A model generated the notes under the pieces. That model was not told where the DNA came from. It ran no database searches and was given only the letters and a program-made list of their open reading frames with translations. 40,518 nt of DNA from Salpingoeca rosetta. Taxonomy: Eukaryota > Protista > Choanoflagellata. The stretch lies in NCBI GenBank assembly GCA_033442325.1, contig JAWQFM010000010.1, forward strand, positions 189,042 to 229,559, given 5' to 3'. Of this stretch, positions 1 to 9,171 are shown piece by piece (positions within the stretch are counted from its first letter, which is position 1; every line of letters begins with the position of its first letter). The translations under genes were made by a program, and so were the position numbers.

Positions 1-7
1 CACCCAG

Positions 8-2087
8 GTGGAGCACGACGTTCAAGGAGTCGATTGCCAACATTGGCCATGTGCTGCTGGTGCTCATGCCGTGGCGAGACCCTGTTCCCTTGACACGCGC
101 GTGGTGTTTGTGGGAGATCTTCTGTGGCATTAGCAACGAAGGCACAGAGGTCACCATCCAACTACCCAACAGCGAAGAACAGGCGCTCGAAAACGCCATT
201 CGCGATGACTATAAAGCAGTGACCGACACGCTGGTGCGCGTGCAGGCAGAGCGAGCCGACGCCTTCAACCCGCACGACAAACACATGATCTTCACAGCGA
301 TCGAGTCGTGGGCGGGCGGCTTCGGCGCAGTCAACCAAGCCGTGAAGGACCAGCTGCGCGCGTGGTGCCTGCAAAAGGCGGTGGGTGCCGTCGAAGCCAT
401 GCGAGCACGAGGCGAGGACAGCACTGACGCCTTCGCGGGGTTGTGCGGCCAGGTTGGGCTGGTGCTGTACCAGTTTGGCGAGCACAATCGCGCCGTTGCC
501 TACTACGAGACAGCGCTGGCAGTTTACCTCCGCACCGAAGGGGAGAAGGGGAGGAACGTGGCGGCGCTGTACAACAACCTCGGCATCGCGTACAAGAACA
601 AGGGCGAGTACGACAAGGCCATATACTTTTACGAGAAGGACCTCGCCATCACGGTGGAGACAGTGGGGGAGAAGCACCCGAGCACAGCGAACACGTACGG
701 CAACCTCGGCCTCGCCTACTACAGCAAGGGCGAGTACGACAAGGCGATTGCGTACCACGAGAAGGCCCTCGCCGTCTTCGTGGAGACGCTGGGCGAGAAG
801 CACCCAAGCACAGCGAGCACCTTCAACAACCTCGGCCTTGCATACGGTAGCAAGGGCGACTACGACAGAGCGATTGCGTTTTACGAGAAGGACCTCGCCA
901 TCACGGTGGAGACGCTGGGTGAGAAGCACCCGAGCACAGCACGGACGTACAACAACCTCGGCGAAGCATACCGCCACAAGGGCGAGTACGACAGAGCGAT
1001 TGCGTTTTATGAGAAGGACCTCGCCGTCACGGTGGAGACGCTGGGTGAGAAGCACCCGAGCACAGCGAACACGTACAACAACCTCGGCAACGCATACGAC
1101 AACAAGGGCGAGTACGACAGAGCGATCGCGTTTTATGAGAAGGCCCTCGCCATCAGGGTGGAGGCGTTGGGTGAGAAGCACCCGAGCACAGCGAGCACGT
1201 ACGGCAACCTCGGCATCGCCTACAAGAACAAGGGCGAGTTTGACAAGGCGATTGAGCTGTACCAGAAGGACCTCGCCATCAAGGCGGAGACGCTGGGTGA
1301 GAAGCACCCCAGCACAGCACAGACGTACTTCAACATTGGCCTGCTGCACGACAAGCGCGGGGACAAGGAGCAGGCCTGCGCCTACATGCAGCAGGCGCTC
1401 AACGTGTTTACAGCCACGCTCGGGCCAGACCACCCAAACACCCGCAAGGCAGAGCGCAATCTGCGGCGCATTCGTGGTGGTGCTGTGACCAGGCAGCACA
1501 CATCCACGCAACACGTGTCAGAGTCTCAACTTCAGCAGCAACACGTGCTTGCTCATCGCAACCTTCTTCTTCGGTTCATCTCTTCTGCTGTCGTGTACCA
1601 GTCGTCTGCTCCACAACGCAACCTGCTCATGCGGTTTCTCGGTGCAGTTGCACAGGTTCACGCTGAGGCAAGACGCCCAGCAAACACGGGCAGCGACGGT
1701 GAAGACAAGAAGACAGGGACTGGGCACGATTGTCCTCGTGGCTGCTCTGCACCAGCAAGAGCGTTGTACAAGGACGCTTGCAAGTGCCCAAATGAGCCAC
1801 TGGCCGGCTGGCTGCGGAAGCGTGGGCGACGGAGGGCCGTCTTTCGCCCGTGCTGGTGCAAGCTTGACGACGACGACCACCTCGCGTACGGCAAGTCCGC
1901 TTCAGGCACGGCCAAGCGGCGCATCCCCCTTTCCAGCGTGCAGTCAGCTGAGCTCGCCCATGGTGGCGAGGAGCTGCACGTTGCTGTTCCTGGCCGCACC
2001 TTCGTCTTCCGCCTGCACGCGCGCTCTGACACCTCGCTCGCTGACTGGTGCACTGCCATCAACAGCCGGATCAACGCCACCACTTGA
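8..2087 (+). CDS. TPR-repeat protein, last exon (gene starts upstream of window): TIR/HET-like N-terminal region, 8 x 42-aa TPR, C-terminal PH domain
   Basis: A CAG acceptor at 5-7 opens the frame WSTTFKESIANIGHVLLVLMPWRDPVPLTRAWCLWEIF. 42-aa repeats of consensus GEKHPSTAxTYxNLGxAYxxKGEYDxAIxFYEKxLAIxVETL follow. PH signature LAGWLRKRG...RTFVF...ADWCTAI at ~1794-2075. Stop TGA at 2085-2087. Confidence 0.9.
540..1420 (+). repeat. 126-bp coding tandem repeat (TPR units, 7 well-conserved copies)
   Basis: GAGAAGCACCC(G/A/C)AGCACAGC recurs at 126-nt spacing (669, 795, 921, 1047, 1173, 1299). Confidence 0.95.
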
Positions 2088-2094
2088 CTGTGTG

Positions 2095-2151
<57 letters not shown>

Positions 2152-2259
2152 TGTGTTTGCTGGTTTGCTGGTTGGTCACTTTGCTCCTGTCTTTCCTTCA
2201 CGTGCTTGCTTGCCACTTGCTTTTACTTGCTTGCCGCTTGCTTGTTTGACACTTTAGTA

Positions 2260-3100
2260 AACTCATCACGCAATCCAACTGCTGACAAGCAACGAGCATA
2301 CACCCTACCACGCCACACGTCAACCTCTTCCACCCCCACGTCCACGCCGGCACGCCCGCCTTGCGCATCAGCAGCTCCAGGGTGCGGCCGGTGGAAAAGT
2401 GGCTCCGTCAGCACGTTGGACTGCAACAGTATCTGCAGGCAGCGGGTTCGGCCGTTCAGCGTGCACGACGCCCAGCAGCCTCGTCGGAGGGCTGGGTCGC
2501 CAGCCTGTACTCGCTGTCCGTCCCCGACCGTGCGGAACAGCACGTCGTCGCTGCACGCCCACGCCAATCGAGAACGCCGGCTTGAGCGCGTGGATGCGCC
2601 CAACTCTCGTGCTGCACCTCCTCCACCGCCTCCGTCCTCGGGATTCGGGTTGTCCGTCCCCAGCGACAGGTCCCACCATACAAAGGGCTGCAGCGACATC
2701 AGGAACATGAAGAGGTTCGCGTTTCGGCAGCGTGCTTCCGCAGTCTTGTCTCCACGTCGGTCTTTCTGCGCACTGTGCCCACGAACACGGCGGCAATCCC
2801 CGACAGCAGCTGCAGCTTCGTCTCGAACGGTGCCTGCAGCGTCTTCTCGCTGACGACCACGTGCGTGTCCTTCCGACGAGAAGTTAGAGCACGTCTCCCG
2901 CGTGTGGGGCACACCCGTCCGTCCGCGCAAAACAATCGTGTTGACGGTGTTGTCGGGCTGTAACGTGCGCTTGAGGACCCGGCGGCTCCCACACGTGCCT
3001 GCCGGGGGTCGGCGAGCGACCTGAACCCAAACGGCCGTCGGCGGCGGTGGGTCGATGGTGAGCCCAACATCCCCGTTCACGCATCCCGACAAATGTGCTT
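2260..3100 (-). pseudogene. GC-rich, microsatellite-free stretch; possible decayed or unknown coding sequence
   Basis: Protein-like segments alternate between minus-strand frames (VLKRTLQPDNTVNTIVLR; KDTHVVVSEKTLQAPFETKLQLLSGIAAVFVG; NANLFMFLMSLQPFVWWDLSLG; LQILLQSNVLTEPLFH). No family recognised. Confidence 0.25.
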
Positions 3101-3490
3101 GCTCTTGATGGCTGTTGGTGCTGGGGAGCGGGGGAGGAAACGACACCACGATGATGGATGGGTAAATGGCTCGGCGTGGATGTGGAGACGTTGTGGCAAC
3201 GGAGCATGTCAGCTGAACGCACTTTTCGACATAGATGACCTGCAATACCCCCAAAGCGAGGAGAGATGGTTGCCTGTTGGACAGGCGAAGAGACGGGTGA
3301 GTGGTGGACGAGGAGCACGACAAGTCCACACGGGGACCTCAGGGTAACCCACAAACAAGAGCGCAAACACACGCACACACACATGCATGAACTCACGGTC
3401 GATGGAGATGTCTGTGTCGGTGTGAACAGAATGTAGCCACTCGTCCAACATGCAGCAGAGGAACAAAGTGGGAAATGTGCCCTGCAAGTT

Positions 3491-3501
3491 TGTTTGCGTT
3501 T
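3491..3501. repeat. Target-site duplication, left copy (TGTTTGCGTTT)
   Basis: Identical to 4643-4653. The final TTT merges with the poly(A) tract, so the TSD is 8-11 bp. Confidence 0.8.
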
Positions 3502-3534
3502 TTTTTTTTTTTTTTTTGATGTAAAACTTTAATG

Positions 3535-3575
3535 GTGTCGCTTGCCCCGGTGGTGGGGTTGCCCGCAAGCGACAC
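3535..3575 (-). other. Stem-loop at the 3' end of the retrotransposon
   Basis: GTGTCGCTTGC (3535-3545) and GCAAGCGACAC (3565-3575) form a perfect 11-bp inverted repeat directly upstream (minus sense) of ATTAAA and poly(A). Confidence 0.75.
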
Positions 3576-3807
3576 GTCGTGGTTGCCAGATCAGTTGGAG
3601 AAGGCAGAAAGCATAAGTAGAAGAAAGCACAAGAGCACAAGACGGCAGCAGAGCCCGCGGCACCGTTGCGCGATACGCAAACAAAACGAATTAAATCACA
3701 CGTGCACACGACCCGAGTCCGCTTCGAAGTGGGGGGAAGCATTCGTATTAATAGGTGGGTCACACGTCGCGACCCCAGGGCCGGCTGGAGGGGTACCCAC
3801 TATCGAA

Positions 3808-4035
3808 CTAGTGGGTGGGTGCTAACGCCGCTGCCGCCGGCTGCGAGACGGCGCGTCTGCCGCCCGGCCCTTCCCCGTCGACCGTATCGGTGGCGCTGCG
3901 GCCGGCCTCCGAGGGTTGGGTCGCGGGTTGGCGGGTCCGACGGCTTCCGCAGTCGGGGCGTCCGCTGTGCCGTGGCTGTAGTTGTTGTTGTTGTTGTTGT
4001 TGTGGTTGTTGTTGTTGTTGTTGTTGTTGGTGTGG

Positions 4036-4069
<34 letters not shown>

Positions 4070-4641
4070 GGTTGTTGTTGTTGTTGTTGTTGTTGTGGTT
4101 GTTGTTGTTGTGGTTGTTGTTGTTGTTGTGGTGGTGGCGGTGGTGGTGTGGCGGCGGTTGTCTGCCTTTGTCGTCTCTTTCTGCGTCCGTCTCCGCGGCG
4201 AGGCGGTCGGTTGCGTTGCGCCCGCTGACCTCTGGCGGCCGTGGCCCAGGTGTTGGTGTTGCGTTCGGTAGAAAACATGGAGTGTGTTTGGACGTCCGCG
4301 GCGGCGCCGCCGCCCTTGCCGTAGCGACACGTCATGGTGGCTTCGTGGCTGCGCTTCTGGAAGGCGATGGATAGGCGTTGGAGGGCGTAGGCGTAGTAGC
4401 TGGGTGTTGCGTGGTTGTGTACGTGTACTGGAAGGTCGGCGTTGTAGACGACGCGTTTGATAAAGCGGACGAAGAACTCGCCCAGGCGACCCGTGCCGTT
4501 TTCGATGGCCAGGGGGAAGAAGGTCCTGTCGTTCTGCCTCATGAGTTTGTCGTACTTTTTCTTCTTGGTATTCTCGGCGCACTGCGCGTTCCAGCCGCCC
4601 GTTGAGGATGCCTTGGCGAGGTGGCTCATCTGGGCGACGTC
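3808..4641 (-). pseudogene. Truncated retrotransposon ORF: C-terminal half of RLE domain plus Arg/Gln/Pro-rich tail
   Basis: Open frame of 277 codons from the 5' truncation point to TAG at 3810-3808; no RT domain present. Confidence 0.8.
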
Positions 4642-4642
4642 A

Positions 4643-4653
4643 TGTTTGCGTTT
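4643..4653. repeat. Target-site duplication, right copy (TGTTTGCGTTT)
   Basis: Identical to 3491-3501; sits where RLE-like coding sequence gives way to a (GCTT)n flank. Confidence 0.8.
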
Positions 4654-5016
4654 GCTTGCTTGCTTGCTTGAAGAAAGCAAATTTGCTGTGCTTGGGATGT
4701 GATTGCCAATCTGCACACACATACACACACACACACACACTCACACACACACACACATGCCCTTCCTTTCCTGCTGACAGGCTACAGAGCGATAAGCAAT
4801 GGGAACCGTTGTAATGTAACAAGAGAAACAAAAGGCATGTGCAACAAGCGAAATAGAAGCATGAAAAAAGAAGCAAGCATGTAAGCAAGCAAGCAAGGAG
4901 AGGAAGAAGCAGGCAAACAAGCAAGCACAAAGAAGAGCACCCCTACTATCCCTCATGCACGACACACACTCACAATACTGCATCAGCTCAACGTCTCAAC
5001 ACGATAAGGAACTCAC

Positions 5017-5058
5017 ACCGCGTCCCTCAAACCGCGTCCCTCAAACCGCGTCACTCAA
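5017..5058. repeat. 14-bp tandem repeat x3 (ACCGCGTCCCTCAA) just downstream of the RTK stop
   Basis: Units at 5017, 5031 and 5045; the third has one mismatch. Confidence 0.9.
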
Positions 5059-5089
5059 ACAACACTCGTCAGCGCAACTCTGTCTCACG

Positions 5090-5140
5090 TCACTTCACCA
5101 GCGGGTTCTCTGAAAACCCGTGTGGCTCTTCCTCCTCCTC

Positions 5141-5188
<48 letters not shown>

Positions 5189-6237
5189 TTCGTCCTCGCT
5201 GTCACTGCCCCCCTCTTCACTCTCGTTGCCCATATCGTACGCTGCCTGATCCATCTCTTCCTCCGTCATTGCAGGTGCCGCGGCCGTGTCCTCGTCGGCA
5301 TCACCCATATCGTACGCTGCCTGATCCATCTCTTCCTCGGTCATCGACTCCCCTGCCCCGCCGTTCGCAGCATCATCGCCAAGATCATACGCAGCCTGGT
5401 CCATCTCGTCCTCGGCCGTGCCGCCCTCGTTATCTGCGGCGCCCAGGTCGTATGCAGCGCCGTCAGCAACCTCCTCCATGCCCCGCTGCTGCGCCATCAG
5501 CGTGTTGCGGCGGTCTTGCTCGTCCAGCTCATCCGGCGTCATCGTCACAGCCTCGTTGTCGTACGTGGGGAAACGCTCCTCTTCATCCTCATCATCCTCA
5601 TCACCACCACCAGCACCGCGCCCGTCAGCCGCGGTGGTGTAGTCGTTGGACACGGGACGCAGGCGGCCCTGCGCCACCAGTCGCTCAAACACCTCCGCCG
5701 GCATGTGGTCTGGCCGCTGGCCTGCGTTCGGGTCCTGGTAGTATGTGATGTCGTGCTGTGACAGCTTGGCCAGGCGCACAAGCAGTTCTTGGAACGCTGG
5801 GCGGGCCTGGCATTGCAGCGGGGGGGGGGGGGAAGCGAAGGATAATTGGAGGGAGGGGGGAGGCGAGTTGGAAGTGAGGTTTGGGGAGAGAACAGGGAGT
5901 GGCATAATGCAAATCAGCAGCAGAACAGAGAGAAGGGGTGACACGGGTGGGAGCCGTGTGAACGAGCAACCCCCCAAAAAAACAAACACAAAACCCTCAC
6001 GTGCGCATGTAAACGCGTGCACGTGTTTATGTGCTCCTTACGTTTTCCTCATCAAGCCAGCAGGCGTTCATGACGGCGTACAGGGCATCCGAGCACTCAT
6101 CCGGCTGCTGTAAGCGCAGACCCCGGTCAAGCTCCTCCAACACCTTGTCGTTGCCGACAAGCGGGAATGGCTGCAGGAGGGGCCGGGGGGAGGGAGGAGG
6201 GTTACGCGGGTAGAGTATCATGGTGACGCGGTGAAAT

Positions 6238-6316
<79 letters not shown>

Positions 6317-6643
6317 GGTGGTGGTGGTGATGATGATGATGATGATGGTGGTGGTGATGTCGGAACGCGAACGGGTGTACAGACAAGGAGAGATTCGCAA
6401 GGAGCAAACATTCATACACACGACGCACCATGCCGCCAAAGTTTGCAATTTCCCAGAGCGTGACGCCAAAGGACCACACATCAGACTTGGCAGTGAAGAC
6501 GCTGCAGTGGCGGGTGAACGCGAAAGGGAACGGGGGAATGGACAGTGACCTTTGCGTTGTGGAGCAGTGGCGCCATGCAAACTCAAAGCGGAAGCTTTGG
6601 TGCACATGTACACACACACACACACGCATACACACACACACAC

Positions 6644-6681
<38 letters not shown>

Positions 6682-6701
6682 GCGCACACACGCACACGCA
6701 C

Positions 6702-6732
<31 letters not shown>

Positions 6733-7266
6733 TGCAAACGCACACACAAACACACACATGCACACTTACGTACCCGAGGCGAAGGCACTCTGGTGCCATC
6801 CACTTGAAGGCCATCTTGCCCTCTCCTTGCGTGATGTACTCCTCATCAGAGTCAATCCTGATGTCAGGAGGGGAGGGCGTTTGAGTGACATGCAAGACGC
6901 GGCGAGAGGGTCAAGAAAGAGGGTGGAAACAGGCACAGGCACAGGCAGAGTTAGAGTCGAACAGACGTGCGTGCAGACAGTCGCACACAGACACAGACAC
7001 AGACACAGACACACAGACACAGACACAGACACACAGACACAGACACAGACACAGACACACACACACACACACACACAAACTGACTCTCGTGCGAGGCCGA
7101 AATCGGAGACTTTGAGGACGGTGCCGGACGAGACGAGGATGTTGCGCGCAGCCAAGTCACGATGCACAATCTGATGTGGTATGAGGGGAAAGGGGGCATG
7201 TTCGTGGCAGCGGGGACAGGCGCAAGGCATCGAGAGTGAGAAGAGCGTGAAGGAAATCAACACACG

Positions 7267-7305
<39 letters not shown>

Positions 7306-8515
7306 AGACACACAGACACACAGACACACACAGACACACAGACACACACCCTGTTGTGTTCGAGGAAGGCCATGCCGCTGGCAATCTGTGCGCCAAAGTC
7401 GACAAAGTGCGTGTTGTTGAGGAGGGGGCCCCGTCGCTCCGTCGCGCGCTTCGACTGCACGAATGAACGCAGGTCGCCGTGCTCTGCGTACTCAATCACA
7501 AGCAGGATCGGGTCGTCGATGGAACACACGCCGACGAGGCTCAGCACGTGCCTGTGGCGGCCGAGCGACTTCATCAACTCCATTTCCTTGAAGAAGTCGT
7601 CCTCCTCCTGCGTGCCGTTGGCGTTGCCCTTGAGCTGCTTCACCGCCACCTCCTTTGCAGGAACGCTGTTCCCCATGGTGCCCTTGTCGTCTGAGTGGGC
7701 AAGCAGGCCGTGGCTCACCTTGCCAAAGTGGCCCTCGCCAATCACCCGGCCAACCGTGAGCAGGTTGCGGTCAAGCTCCCACTCATCGGGCTTGGTGCGC
7801 TCGCGCAGCTCCTTGGAGGGTATGTACACGTCCAGCGCACGCCGGCCCTCCTTGCGAAGAATAAAGAGCGCAACGAGCAGCACAATCAGCAGCAGGAGAC
7901 CAGCACCAACGCCGGCGCCGGCGACGACGCTGCTGGCGGAGGAGGATGACTCGCCCAGCTGACACTTGCCATCAATGACGGGCGAGGAGCAGACCGTGCC
8001 GCAAAAGTCGGCTGTGCACGTGCACTCAATCTGCGTGCCGTTGATGCTGGTACACTGCCCGCCGTTCTTGCACGTGCTCGCTGTGCACAGGTCGATAAAC
8101 ACGCACTCGCCAGGGATGGTGCCGGTGCACGTGCCGCCAACGCGAACCTGCGTTGCCGGGTCGCACTGCTGGCACTGCTGGCACACGCGGTCGGATGTGG
8201 GGGTGGCGCCAACGGCAATGTACTCGTTGCTGCCACAGGTGGACAGCTGCATGCACTCTCGGTCGCTGAGGGCGGTCGCTGGCACCATTTCAAATTGCGC
8301 GGCACTGCACGTGGTGAGCGGCATGCACGTGCCAACGCCGCCGACGTCTGCCCGGTAGAAGCCATCGTTGCATAAACTGCATGGGCGTGTACATTTGGGG
8401 GAAGGGGAGGGGGTGTTTGATGATGATTTGTTGGGGGGGGGGGGAGGAGGAATATGGGTTATTCAGCGTGAGAGAAACACACGAACGGTTGGCTTCCATG
8501 GCGTCACCAATCCAC

Positions 8516-8572
<57 letters not shown>

Positions 8573-9087
8573 GACAGACAGACAGACAGAAAACAGACAC
8601 AGACACACGCAATCCCAGAGACCCAACAAATAAACGCACACACACACACACACAGATGTATGCCGTCACGTACTCGCAACTGTCGCTGCTGCAGCTGAAG
8701 CAGTCGTCTGGGCACTGCACACATGTGCCGGCGGTCGGGTTTGTGTATGTGCCGTTGGTGCACGTGTCAACACAGAGCACGGGCGCAGATGTGCCCTCCA
8801 CCACGTAGAAGTCATCGTTGCACTCGATGCACCCGAGCGCATTGCATCGCGCGCACTGCAGTGCGAAGTGGACGGGGGGGGGTTGTGTTTGAGATAGTGT
8901 TTAGTCATGGGATGGGCAGTGGTGCGCACGTGAGACAACAGCGAAACCGCGAAAGAAACGCGCGCAAAAAAGGCGGACACGCACCATCTCGCACTCTTGC
9001 ACAATGTGCAGAGACTGCCACAGCGAATCACGGGTGTGCGCACACATACATACATACACACACACGCACACACACACACGCACATAC

Positions 9088-9171
<84 letters not shown>

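Larger units (their letters stand above)
3502..4642 (-). mobile_element. 5'-truncated non-LTR retrotransposon with restriction-like endonuclease (RLE), CRE-clade-like
   Basis: Minus frame reads AQCAENTKKKKYDKLMRQNDRTFFPLAIENGTGRLGEFFVRFIK...YALQRLSIAFQK, matching the AE..K..KY...F.P.A.E..G..G and QR.S.A.Q motifs of CRE-type RLE C-termini. 19-nt poly(A) (T-run 3499-3517). ATTAAA at 3533-3528. Direct repeat TGTTTGCGTTT at 3491-3501 and 4643-4653. Confidence 0.85.

Noticed and set aside
540-1420. Regularly spaced direct repeats resembling a CRISPR array
   Set aside because: The 126-nt period encodes TPR units in frame, the intervening sequences are homologous to each other, there are no cas genes, and the context is eukaryotic.
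162-1514. Long antisense and alternate-frame ORFs over the TPR gene (450 aa, 367 aa)
   Set aside because: Shadows of a GC-rich repetitive coding strand with biased codons; no independent motifs.
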